This document shows, piece after piece, positions 1-9,650 of a stretch of DNA of 64,000 nt. Source of the stretch: Hyphomicrobium aestuarii (GTDB taxonomy: Bacteria; Pseudomonadota; Alphaproteobacteria; Rhizobiales; Hyphomicrobiaceae). Under the pieces are notes generated by a model. It was not told where the DNA came from and searched no databases. It saw only the letters and a list, made by a program, of their open reading frames with translations. Each line of letters begins with the position of its first letter. Position 1 is the stretch's first letter. The stretch spans positions 534-64,533 of the forward strand of contig JAWXCP010000039.1 of NCBI GenBank assembly GCA_034408685.1. Reading direction: 5' to 3'. A program made the position numbers and the translations under genes.

Positions 1-211
1 CGGATCGACACCAGTTCGAGATGTGGTGGGCAAATCACTTGGTGGCCGTGGCACCGTCGGCGGGCCTCCCGCAAATCGCTTCAACCAATGGATTCGCCGC
101 GAAACCGTTGACGACCAACTCCTTTATCCGGCCACGCAATCAACGGTCGCGGCCGTTGGCAGCGCAGCCGGATTCTGGTCAAAGGTCGTTTGTCTTCGAC
201 GAGGACCGCAC

Positions 212-664
212 ATGGTTCAGGCACCCGACGATGACGACGAGGCTGCTGCCTCAAAGCTGATCTCCAGGCACACGGTCGAGCCCCATTACGACTTGCGCAC
301 GGCGGCCGAGCGGTTTTTCCCCCGTGGACCGGTCACGGCTCGATCGCTCCGCACCGAGATCCGCAAAGGGCGTTTGAAGTCGGCGCGGATCGCAGGCAAA
401 ATCGTCGTCTCCGAGGCCGCTATCCAGGAGATGTTGACGCGATGCCAAGACACCCGAAGGGTCCCCGCCTCCTGCTCCGGCGCCGCAAGGCGCGATTGCC
501 CGTCTGGGTCATCCTCGACGACGGACAGGAGGTCAGCACGGGATGCAGCGCTTGCAACACTGACCGCGCTCAGGCAGCGCTCGCGCCGCGGCGTGCTCGC
601 TCGATGGAATCGGCGGTGTGATCATCAGAAAATAGCGCACGAATGTCGCCGTCAGTTCGGTTGA
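212..664 (+). CDS. Helix-turn-helix DNA-binding protein, excisionase/AlpA-like, of the kind carried by integrative elements
   Basis: ATG at 212 inside ORF 23..664. The segment 'DLRTAAERFFPRGPVTARSLRTEIRKGRLKSARIAGKIVVSEAAIQEMLTRC' has the layout of MerR/excisionase-type HTH proteins. A Ser/Arg-rich tail follows. The 3' end overlaps the minus-strand RHH gene, so the true stop is uncertain. Confidence 0.45.
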   Translation: MVQAPDDDDEAAASKLISRHTVEPHYDLRTAAERFFPRGPVTARSLRTEIRKGRLKSARIAGKIVVSEAAIQEMLTRCQDTRRVPASCSGAARRDCPSGSSSTTDRRSARDAALATLTALRQRSRRGVLARWNRRCDHQKIAHECRRQFG

Positions 665-844
665 TATGGCGAGGTCGCGTTCGAGACGGCGCATCGACTG
701 GACCATTGGATTGTGCTGTAGGTTCTGCGAATCGCCGGTCTGGTTGCCGTTCGGTTCGGCCAGGTACTGTTGCAGCGCCCGTTCCAGGATCGCCGAGTTC
801 AGCACGCGGTGCGTCTGTGCTGCCACGTTGAGTTTGTGTGTCAT
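533..844 (-). CDS. CopG/ribbon-helix-helix family protein (plasmid/ICE associated)
   Basis: ATG at 844 inside ORF 533..925. 'LNSAILERALQQYL' and 'MRRLERDLAISTELTATFVRYFLMITPPIPSSEHAAARA' resemble the RHH proteins next to transfer genes on rhizobial plasmids/ICEs ('LERD..IS.E.L..F.RFWL.ITPPLP'). This is recalled from memory. The N- and C-terminal ends look shortened or shifted. Confidence 0.45.
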   Translation of the reverse strand: MTHKLNVAAQTHRVLNSAILERALQQYLAEPNGNQTGDSQNLQHNPMVQSMRRLERDLAISTELTATFVRYFLMITPPIPSSEHAAARALPERGQCCKRCIPC

Positions 845-1290
845 CGCAGTTAACAAATATAGCGCGTGGCGGTGGCGCATGGGTTGGCCTCGCATCGTCG
901 ATAACTGGTGCAGCGCCGTCCACATTTGGTATGGGCCGTTGGTTTCGTGTTGCCGGTGGCGGGTAGTAATTTATGTCTTCGTCGGGTACGGGTTCGAAAA
1001 GCCACGGCGCCCAGCGTTGCAATGCTTCGCTCGCTTTGGCCCACCAAGGGGAAGCGCTTGCCCTCTCCACCGCCGTCGCTCGCCCCTCTTGGGTGCGAGC
1101 GAGCGCCGGCGGCTCCGAGGGGAAGCGGGGCGCGGCGTGATTTCCATGAGATCCGCCGGGTAGGTCATCCTTGATATCATGGGTCGTCCAATACGATCCG
1201 TATTGATCCAGATTGGTCATCACGCGCACTCACATTGATTGAGTTTCGAGAGCGCTTCTTAGGGTTTGGTATATCCATATTAAGCGCGGC

Positions 1291-1860
1291 ATGATCGTCG
1301 CGCTGTCCGGCGGCGGCGGGGACAAAGTCAAGATGCGCAACGCCCAGGTCGAGATCGTGTCTTACGTGCCGGTGCAACAACTGCCTGCAATCGAGGCCGC
1401 AACGTGGCTCGACCAAGCAATTGTCGGGTTAAAGAAACCCACGATCCGCGACAAAGGGTTTGGCGCGGACGTATCGAAAGCCCTGGTCGCGCGCGAGGAC
1501 TGGTTGATCGCCAAGGGCTACGCGATGGCCGAGCAGCCCGGCATGATTACGCCGGAGCCCAACATGATGCGAGACTTGAACCAACGCGGCATTACCCGCG
1601 CCGTCGACGAACTATCGGCCGAGCTCCGCATGGGGCATATTTCCATGACCGAGGGCCAACGCTTCGACGGTTATCACGCGCGCAACGTCAATCTGCCCAG
1701 TCAGCGTCTCGCAGTCATCAAAGGTCGCGAGGATTTTACGCTAATCCCGTGGCGCAAGGACTTGGCGAAAATGCAAGGCAAGGACCTCGTCATTCGCTTC
1801 GACAATCGCGCCATCACGCTGACGATAGCAACCGGCCGGGATCGTGGGCTGTCGCGATAG
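1291..1860 (+). pseudogene. C-terminal fragment of a relaxase/mobilisation nuclease (DUF3363-type tail)
   Basis: The 189-aa ORF ends in 'GYHARNVNLPSQRLAVIKGREDFTLIPWRKDLAKMQGKDLVIRFDNRAITLTIATGRDRGLS'. This matches the remembered DUF3363 C-terminus of alphaproteobacterial ICE relaxases ('..FTLVPWRP.LE...G..V.....ISW..GR.RG'). The roughly 400-aa nuclease part is absent upstream. Confidence 0.55.
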
Positions 1861-2222
1861 GACGTCGAATTGTATGAAAGACTTGGGGCCTCCGCCGTCC
1901 TGCGGCCGACGTCCCGCCCTATCGCGCGGCAGTAGGGCCGCGCGACCGAGCCCGGCGACCCGCCGGTCTCGGCCCATCCGGGTGACGGTCGGTAGGCCGA
2001 AGGGTCTGCGTGGTTACTCAGGACCGGAGTATCGATCACACGCGGAAGCCGACGAGACGAGTTCGAGCTTGAGCGTGAGCTTGAAAACTCCAGCACAAAC
2101 CGCTCGTTAGGACCCTTCAAACAATAATTGAATCGCAGTCCGTGGGCGGTGTGACCGAATGACTCCGAGTGACTCGGGGTCGTGGGATTCACGCCGCCAG
2201 CGAACACGTCTACCGCTGAGGC

Positions 2223-3254
2223 ATGATCGACAGACAAGCCATCCAGCAACGCTGGGACGACCTTCATCATTCCCTTGATGAACGCGGGCGGCGGTTGTTT
2301 GCCGCCGCCGAGGTTCGTGCTGCGGGCTACGGCGGCCTCGCCGTCGTCGCCGACGTAACCGGGCTCGCACGCTCGACCATCAATCGCGGGGAGGACGACC
2401 TCGATGCCGGGTCGTTGCCAAAGGGACGCGTGCGCCGCAAGGGCGGTGGCCGCCGAGCGTTGCGTGATGCCGATCCAGCCCTTGTTGATGCGCTTCGCGC
2501 ACGTGTTGAACCCGCGACGCTGGGCGATCCGATGCGGCCGCTGACCTGGGTGTCCAAGAGCCTGCATAAGCTTGCGGCCGAACTCAAGGCGATCGGGCAT
2601 CAGATCAGCCACGAGACCGTCCGGTCCGAGCTGGTCAAGCTCGGCTTCTCGCGCCAAGGCAATCGCAAGGCGGACGAGGGTTCAAAGCATCCCGACCGGG
2701 ACGCACAGTTCGAGCATATCAATGCGAAGGTCATGGCCGCGCAAGCCGCTGGTCAGCCTGTCATTTCCGTTGATAGCAAGAAGAAGGAACTGGTCGGCAA
2801 CTACAAGAACGGTGGAACGGATTATCGTCCCAAGGGCACACCGCGACGCGTCAAGGTCCACGATTTCGAGGACAAGGAACTGGGCAAGGTCGCGCCCTAC
2901 GGCGTGTACGACGTTACAGCCAACGACGGCTGGGTGAACGTCGGCATCACTGCCGACACGGCCGAGTTCGCGGTGCAATCGATCCGGCTCTGGCACGTGC
3001 GCATGGGGCAGGCGCGCTATCCGCACGCAGCCGAACTGAAAAGCGACCTTAAGTCCCCAACAGAATTTTTCTGGCGTGATCTCCAACGGCTCAACAGCAC
3101 TTCGACGCGAACACTCGCATTGCTGACATGCTTGGGCGCGGCTCGCGCTTCGTCATCGTCCAGGCAAGGATCGGCGAATTCGGCTTCTGGGATTACGAGG
3201 CTTTGTGCAGCGCAGCATCAGAGGCGACGCTTTGGGCGGCTCATGGCCTTTTAA
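2223..3254 (+). pseudogene. ISAzo13-family (DDE_Tnp_ISAZ013) transposase, 3'-truncated
   Basis: N-terminal and core motifs 'RRLFAAAEVRAAGYGGLAVVADVTGLARSTI', 'VISVDSKKKELVGNYKNGG', 'VKVHDFEDKELGKVAPYGVYDV..NDGWVNVGITADTAEFAV'. Recognisable similarity stops near nt 3040. The usual 'ITADCGGSNG...WNKIEHRLF' part is missing and the ORF continues as non-homologous read-through. Confidence 0.7.
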
Positions 3255-3402
3255 TTGTCGGTTCGCGGTTTTGATCGAGCCTGGATTTGCTTTGACCGCA
3301 CCCGAATACGCTCGCGGTCTCGCTCGTCCATTGAACCTTTGTCGCGGTCGCAGCGACCAAGCCGATAGGAGTGAGATCAACCATTTCGAGGAGTCCGATG
3401 TT

Positions 3403-6400
3403 ATGAAACGAGCCGCCCCCCGGCGAACCTCTGTGATGATCGCCGCAGCCGTGTCAGCGATGACGGCTATGGCCGGTCCTGCCTACGCTCAAACGGTAAG
3501 CCCTCAATCGCAGGTCCTTGACCGTGGTGACGCCGTGGTTAGCGGCTTCGCCGGCATTGTGCCGTCTAACAAACCACTCGCACCTGGTGAAAACCCGCTC
3601 GATCATTTCTTTATCGATACGGAGGGGCCGGCGGCACAAATCCTGTCTCTTCGCGCGCTCGGCGCGCCGCCTCAAGGCCAGCATACTACGGCTGCGCCGA
3701 GGTTGCGGGTAAAGGCTGCGGACGTCGGCCAAGTCTTCGCGATCGCGCTTGACGACGGTCGAGGCCGACAGGCCCCCAACATTTTCCTCGGAGCGACTTC
3801 GGCTTACGGCCTGCACATCGCAGCACCCAACGGCGCAGCGCCTGGCATACCGAAGCGTCTCAAGACCGGAAGTGTGAGCGCGCAATGGATGGCGGGCATG
3901 TTCGGGATCGCAGCGGGGGGAGGACCGGGCGCAATCTGGCGCGTCGATGGCGTGACCGGTGTCACGAGCCTGTTCGCAAATTTACCGGCGAATAGCGGAC
4001 CTGGGATCGGTGACATCGTTTTTGATGCCGTGACCGGCCAGGTCTTTGCGTCTGACCTCGACTCCGGACTCATCTATCGGTTGAAGGAGGATGGAACTCT
4101 ACTCGATAGCTACGACCATGGCCTCGCGGGTCGGCAGTCCAAAGGGCTTGCTCCCGTTGTTGACGACGGCCGCCGCGCGGACATTACCGATCCGGTTTTT
4201 GACACGACGAACGCTGCAACCTGGGGGCTCACCCAACCCGAGCGCCGCGTTGCGGGCATGGCGATGTACCAGGGTCGGCTCTTCTACGCGGTCGTCGGCG
4301 GTCAGCAGATCTGGTCGGTTGGAATCACCGCCAGCGGCAGCTTCGCCAACGATGCCCGATGGGAACTCGATGTGTCAGGCTTGGCCGGCCCGGGGCCGAT
4401 CACCGACATGATATTCGACGCGGATGGCCAGATGGTCCTGGCGCAGCGCGGTGAGCCCCGTAACTCTTACGATTTTTCCCTGTTTTCCGAGCCCGGCAAA
4501 TCAAGCGTAGTGCGCTATCGCAAAGAGGCCCCGGACGATCCGGCTACAGCCAGTGTCTGGTCTGCTGATCGCAGCGAGAATGCGGTCGGCATGCAACCCG
4601 ACCATCGCTGGGCCAGCGGTGGCATTGCCCTCGGCTATCGTCACGACGAGCAGGGCGCGCTGCGCGCGGGAACGTGCGGTAGTATGCTGTGGTCCACCGG
4701 CGACAGGCTGCGGCCGAGCGGTCCGGTGCCAAGCCCCAATGATGTCCATGGCCTGCAGGGGAACGACATCGGTGCGAGACGACCCGACAATGCCCCACCC
4801 ACGCGGAGCTATTTCGTCGACTACGATCAGATGTTCGGTGACGCCGAGAAAGCTGGCCATGTTGGCGACGTCGAGATTTGGCAGCCCTGCGGCGGACCCG
4901 ACTTTGCAGAGTCGGGCCCGGGTCTTCTGCCACCCGGATATCTGCCGCCCGGTGACCAACCACCAGCCGACTTCCCCGACCCTACGTACCCCTTCAATAC
5001 GAATCTTGAACTGACAAAGAATGCGACGGGGCCATGCTTTGCCTGGGCCGGTGGCTGGGCCTGCCGTTACGACATCCGCATTCGCAACACGGGCCCCGAC
5101 GTCTACTGGGCACCGATCGTCATCGCCGATCATCTGCCGGGTGCTCCAGCCGGGGCCGTGATGGGGTTCGGCGCCTCGCCGTCGTGGACGTGCTGGAATG
5201 CCGGTGCTGCCTCCTATGGATGCTGGCGTCCCACCACGTTCCTGGCTCCAGGTGCGAGCGTATGGCTCACGGCATTTGCGTGGGTCCCAGCGAGTTATCC
5301 GCTCTGCCACTTACCCAACATCGCCGAAATCAAGTGGGCACCGGGCGGTTCGCTATGGAACACCAATCTCCTCGACGACATCGACGATGCGACAGCCATG
5401 ATCCCGGCTGCCAACTGCCCACCGCCCGGTGGCAACACGAATCTGCGTCTACAAAAGGTCGCCGATCCTGCAGCCTGCACCAAGGATGGCGGTAATTTCC
5501 TCTGCCGCTACCGCCTGACCGTCACTAACACCGGGCCGGGCGTCTACAACGGTGATATCGTTGTCCGAGATAAGCCGCCGGTTGGCACCGCAGCACTGTT
5601 CGGCGCCGGCTGGGACTGCGTCCCCGCAGACGGCTACAATTGCTCCAAGCCAGCAGCGGTACTTAATCCGGGACAGGATGCCAACATGTGGATGTTGGTC
5701 ATCGTTCCCGCAGCCCAGGCGCAGAGCAACGCCTGTCAGATCGAGAATAAGGCCCGAATCCTGGCGGCGGCCGGCGGCACGCCCAAGAACACCAACCCGC
5801 TTGATGACGCCGATGCCGCAACGGCGACGATCCCGGCCGAGTTCTGCCAGCCACCGGCAGTTCTTGCGCAATGTCCGGCCGGATTCCAGTTGAAGGATGG
5901 TGCCTGCGCCAAAAGGCAGGGTGGCGGTTCGCCTCCCGTCGTCGTGCCGCCACGCAAAACCCCGGAACGTATGCCAGACCGACCCGAGCGTCCGCAAGTT
6001 TGCCCCGAAGGTACGATCGGCACGTTCCCGAACTGCCGGCGCCCGGAGAGGCCGGACCAATCTGACCGTCCGAAAGTCTGCCCTAATGGCACAGTTGGCA
6101 CTTTCCCGAACTGCCGGCGCCCGGAGAGGCCGGACCAATCTGACCGTCCGAAAGTCTGCCCTAATGGCACAGTTGGCACCTACCCGAATTGCCGCCGCCC
6201 CGAGAGACCGGACAAGCCCGAGCGCCCGAAAGTTTGCCCGCAAGGAACGACCGGAGCGTTTCCGAACTGCCGCAAGGTTCCGAGCGTTCGGAACTGCCCC
6301 CAAGGCTCGATCGGAAGGCCTCCAAATTGCCGACCGCTTTCGATCTTAAGTGCACCCAAGTTCAAGCCGCTGCAGAACCAGCCCAGTCCTTCACGGTCCA

Positions 6401-6411
6401 ACCAGCGGTAA
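3403..6411 (+). CDS. Large secreted repeat protein (1002 aa): signal peptide, propeller-like region, two DUF11-like beta-sandwich repeats, C-terminal Cys/Pro repeat array
   Basis: ATG at 3403 preceded by GAGGAG. Signal peptide 'MKRAAPRRTSVMIAAAVSAMTAMAGPAYAQ'. Two internal ~140-aa repeats start 'NTNLELTKNA..CRYDIRIRNTGPDVY' and 'NTNLRLQKVA..CRYRLTVTNTGPGVY'. The tail is made of 'CP.GT.GTFPNCRRPERPD..DRPKV' units. Confidence 0.8.
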   Translation: MKRAAPRRTSVMIAAAVSAMTAMAGPAYAQTVSPQSQVLDRGDAVVSGFAGIVPSNKPLAPGENPLDHFFIDTEGPAAQILSLRALGAPPQGQHTTAAPRLRVKAADVGQVFAIALDDGRGRQAPNIFLGATSAYGLHIAAPNGAAPGIPKRLKTGSVSAQWMAGMFGIAAGGGPGAIWRVDGVTGVTSLFANLPANSGPGIGDIVFDAVTGQVFASDLDSGLIYRLKEDGTLLDSYDHGLAGRQSKGLAPVVDDGRRADITDPVFDTTNAATWGLTQPERRVAGMAMYQGRLFYAVVGGQQIWSVGITASGSFANDARWELDVSGLAGPGPITDMIFDADGQMVLAQRGEPRNSYDFSLFSEPGKSSVVRYRKEAPDDPATASVWSADRSENAVGMQPDHRWASGGIALGYRHDEQGALRAGTCGSMLWSTGDRLRPSGPVPSPNDVHGLQGNDIGARRPDNAPPTRSYFVDYDQMFGDAEKAGHVGDVEIWQPCGGPDFAESGPGLLPPGYLPPGDQPPADFPDPTYPFNTNLELTKNATGPCFAWAGGWACRYDIRIRNTGPDVYWAPIVIADHLPGAPAGAVMGFGASPSWTCWNAGAASYGCWRPTTFLAPGASVWLTAFAWVPASYPLCHLPNIAEIKWAPGGSLWNTNLLDDIDDATAMIPAANCPPPGGNTNLRLQKVADPAACTKDGGNFLCRYRLTVTNTGPGVYNGDIVVRDKPPVGTAALFGAGWDCVPADGYNCSKPAAVLNPGQDANMWMLVIVPAAQAQSNACQIENKARILAAAGGTPKNTNPLDDADAATATIPAEFCQPPAVLAQCPAGFQLKDGACAKRQGGGSPPVVVPPRKTPERMPDRPERPQVCPEGTIGTFPNCRRPERPDQSDRPKVCPNGTVGTFPNCRRPERPDQSDRPKVCPNGTVGTYPNCRRPERPDKPERPKVCPQGTTGAFPNCRKVPSVRNCPQGSIGRPPNCRPLSILSAPKFKPLQNQPSPSRSNQR
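6001..6335 (+). repeat. 78-bp (26-codon) tandem repeat array inside the secreted-protein gene, about 4.3 units
   Basis: Units 6025-6102 and 6103-6180 are essentially identical at nucleotide level, with the first difference at the t/c after '..acagttggcac'. Flanking units are diverged. Confidence 0.85.
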
Positions 6412-6433
6412 GTAAATTGTAGACAAGGTGTGG

Positions 6434-6458
6434 ACGGCCCGTGCCCACCACGGGCCGT
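6434..6458 (+). terminator. Stem-loop downstream of the secreted-protein gene
   Basis: Perfect 10-bp stem acggcccgtg / cacgggccgt with loop cccac, 23 nt after the stop codon. It is followed by 'tctctat', a weak U-tract. Confidence 0.5.
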
Positions 6459-7305
6459 TCTCTATCAACGTGATCCGAAGTATAAATTGACGTCTGATGC
6501 CTGACGGAACTCTCCCAAAACCGGACGTGTTTGGCGGCGACCTACGCGCCGCCGATCGAGCCGCACGCGACGGCAGCTATTGGGATTGAACGTCGTGTGG
6601 CCCGGGCCGCTGACCGCGACATTCCGACAAAGGAAGACCAGTGGGCACCGGGCACCTTCACGGGCGGAACAAGGATGGACAAAATGTTGACGGACGAAAT
6701 CGTACGTTATGGGGCGGCGGATACGCTAAAATGGATAGGTGCACTCAATGCGAAGGCACCGCTTTTACCGACGTGCTCGCGACGAAACTGATCCAGATCA
6801 GCCTGGATTGTACGGGCGACGGGGCAGCGCAGGGCGCGGCTGGTCGAGTGGACACGCGGCCCAATAATTCGCCACCAGACTTGTGAGTTTGAACAAATGC
6901 CGAACCGCTCTCACCGGTGGCCAAGCACGAAATCGAGCTGAATATCCGTCCGTACACCCACGGGACTCCAGCGGGACCCGGGACGGTCGGGACACAGAGC
7001 CAACTTGTCACATCATTACAAGTCATTGATTTATACACGAAAAAGTGGTTGCTGGGCATGCATCAGCGAGTGCCGCACCTCCCTCGGTTGCGGTTTCCGG
7101 CATGACACTGCCCATGGTCGCTGGAAAGTCCACGATATCGAGCATTTCGTCAGTCGCCCGTCTGCAATGGGCGACGACTGGCAAAATATTGGCACCCAGC
7201 TGAGGATCGATCACAAGATCGGCCACCAAAACGGCCAAACTGACTGGAGCAGCCAAATATTCCCGTGTAGTGTGAGCAGCTTGCGCACCAACATGATCGG
7301 CCAAA

Positions 7306-8499
7306 ATGCCCTTGGAGACACCCTTTCGGATCGAGCCTGCGCTGCTTGAGCATCCATCCGCCCAGATTGCGGACGTTGTTGCCGAAATTGCAGCAGCCTC
7401 AGTGATGCTTGGTCATGCGCTGCATCCTAAAACCGCTGCCAACCTGGCCGATCTCGTGCGGATGATGAATTGCTACTACAGCAACCTGATCGAGGGGCAC
7501 GATACGCGCCCGCGCGAGATCGAACGCGCGATGACGGGCGACATGGACCAGAATGAAGAGCGCCGCAATCTGCAGCGCGAAGCGATTGCACATATTCGGG
7601 TGCAAACCGAGATCGATCGCCTCGCTGGCGCGGGCCTATTACCTGAACCCGCATCCGAAGAATTCATCCGCCGGCTGCACCGGGAGTTCTATGCGGGTGC
7701 GCCTCACGACATGTTGCGTATCCGCGGCGCCGGGCAGGAATTCGTGATGGTGCCTGGCGAATGGCGTTCGGAGCCAGCCCATGACAATGCGGTCGGTCGG
7801 CATGTGCCGCCGTCAAGCGGTCGCGTCGCTACCTTCATGGCGGCCTTTGAGGATCGCTATCGGCTGGAAAAACTGGGCACGGCGTCGCGCATTATCGCCA
7901 TTCCTGCGGCGCACCATCGGCTGAATTACATCCATCCATTTCCGGATGGCAATGGCCGTGTGAGCCGGTTGATGGGCCATGCCATGTGTCTAAAGGTCGG
8001 CATTGGCGCCCATGGACTGTGGTCAATTTCGCGCGGTCTCGCGCGCGGGCTAGAGAGCCGCCTCGACTACAAACGGATGATGGATCACGCCGACATGCCG
8101 CGGCAGGGCGAGCGTGACGGACGCGGCAATCTTTCAGAACGCGCATTGGAAGAATTCACACTTTGGTTCTTGAAGGTCTGCCTCGACCAGATCACCTTCA
8201 TGATTAGCCTCTTCGACATCGCCGCGCTCGACCGGCGCTTGAAAGCGCTCGTTGAAAAATCAGACGGCATGAAACCAGAGGCAAGCAAGTTGCTGACCGA
8301 AGCGCTGATACGAGGCGAGATCGAACGCGGCGATTGTGCGCGCATCACCGGCCTTCCCGAACGCACCGCGCGCCGTGTTCTCAACGACACCATCAAATCC
8401 GGGTTGCTTGCATCCAGCACACCCAAGGGTCCCGTCTCACTGCGCTTCCCAACGGACGTGCTGGAAGTCTTGTTTCCGCGCCTCTATCCGGCGGTATGA
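7306..8499 (+). CDS. Fic/DOC family protein (probable AMPylase) with intramolecular inhibitory helix and C-terminal winged-helix-like region
   Basis: Fic motif 'HPFPDGNGRVSRL' (HxFx[D/E]GNGRxxR). Upstream 'SNLIEG' fits the [S/T]xxxE[G/N] auto-inhibition motif. 397-aa intact ORF. Confidence 0.9.
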   Translation: MPLETPFRIEPALLEHPSAQIADVVAEIAAASVMLGHALHPKTAANLADLVRMMNCYYSNLIEGHDTRPREIERAMTGDMDQNEERRNLQREAIAHIRVQTEIDRLAGAGLLPEPASEEFIRRLHREFYAGAPHDMLRIRGAGQEFVMVPGEWRSEPAHDNAVGRHVPPSSGRVATFMAAFEDRYRLEKLGTASRIIAIPAAHHRLNYIHPFPDGNGRVSRLMGHAMCLKVGIGAHGLWSISRGLARGLESRLDYKRMMDHADMPRQGERDGRGNLSERALEEFTLWFLKVCLDQITFMISLFDIAALDRRLKALVEKSDGMKPEASKLLTEALIRGEIERGDCARITGLPERTARRVLNDTIKSGLLASSTPKGPVSLRFPTDVLEVLFPRLYPAV

Positions 8500-8612
8500 C
8501 GCCCGGTAATAACGTGACCGTATCTTGAATTTGAAAGTCGATGCTTTGGCCGGCATCGTCAAATGTGCGATAATCGCGGTTGGGTTCCCTCACGACGGCA
8601 TCTTGCGAAGCC

Positions 8613-9650
8613 TCAGCGCGCGACGACGTCGACACAATCGGTGATGCCGACCACCTTGCCGACGTAGGCAGCCCAAGCCTTGAACGCTGCCGCTTGGTCT
8701 TGCGCAAATTTCGCGGACGTAGGCTCTGCTCGTGATACTCGCCTTGATGGGTGTCACGTGGTTGAGACACCGGCTAATGATCCGCTCGTCGACCCTGAGC
8801 CGCGCCATCCCGGTCGCGCATGTCCGTCGCAGATCGTGAATGACGAACGGCGGCATCTTCAACAACGGCTCTGTTGGAACCATCTTCATCACCCGTCTGC
8901 CGTCCACCACTTCGAATGACCGCTTGCGGCCTTCCAGAGCCCTTCGCAGGGCCTTGTCGATGTTTCGCTCATCGAAGGGCGCGTCTGTTCGCTCGCTAGG
9001 GAACACATACATCGCTGAGTCCGATAATGCGACGGCGCGCGTACACAAATGTGCGGCCAATGGCGAGAGCTCGACCGTATGCGGGGCGCTATTCTTAGTC
9101 CGCCCGCGAACGAGCTTGCCCTTAACTGTCTTGTCTCCCGGCAGATTGAACGTGGGCCGATCACTATCGAGGCCAGCCAACTCTGTTTTGCGTGCTCCAA
9201 CGATCTCCATCTTGCGGCAGCCGGTCAAAAGCAGCAGCTTCACCATGATCCGACGAGGCTCGTCGGGGAAGATGGCAGGCAATGCGTGCCACAGCTGAGC
9301 GATCTCGTCGTCGCAGAGATAGCGGTCGCGGCTTTCATTGCCGTGGTACTTTGGCAATTTGGCTGCTGGGTTGTCGCGCTCGATTTTGCCGTGCTCGATC
9401 GCCCAGTTGAAGATCCCCGAGATCAGCGTGCCGACCTTGTCCGCCTGTCGGGAGGGGGGGGGAGAGCCGCGACCAGCGACTGCCCCGACGACTTCCATGA
9501 CATGTCCGCGCCGAACCTTGTCGACCTCGGTCATGGCGAGGGCCGTGTCATGCCCCTCGACATTCGTCAACACATCGACCTCTAGCGTTCGCTGATCCTG
9601 CTCCCATGTCTTGCGCTTGAACTTGGCGTAATCCTGCAGCCACATCAGCG
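8613..9650 (-). pseudogene. Tyrosine recombinase/integrase, N-terminally truncated and frameshifted near the C-terminus
   Basis: Catalytic-domain motifs 'LLLLTGCRKMEI' and 'HDLRRTCATGMARLRV..RIISRCLNH'. No arm-binding/DUF4102-type N-terminus is present. After 'SRAYVR' the ORF runs into Arg-rich nonsense. A different frame reads 'KFAQDQAAAFKAWAAYVGKVVGITDCVDVVAR*', a typical integrase end with its stop at 8613. Confidence 0.8.

Noticed and set aside
570-1229. 219-aa minus-strand ORF upstream of and overlapping the RHH gene
   Set aside because: Only the first ~100 aa ('MTNLDQYGSYWTTHDIKDDL…WWAKASEALQRWAPWLFEPVPDEDINYYPPP') look vaguely protein-like. The rest is Pro/Arg/Ala-rich and overlaps the better-supported RHH frame. 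It is possibly another ICE gene fragment, but I could not assign it.
1701-2657. 318-aa minus-strand ORF
   Set aside because: It is antisense to the ISAzo13 transposase N-terminus and the relaxase fragment. The sequence is low-complexity with no recognisable domain.
6531-7304. Short ORFs (62-114 aa) in the gap upstream of fic
   Set aside because: No RBS or start context, no motifs, and the frames mutually overlap. I kept this only as a 'gap worth scanning' finding.
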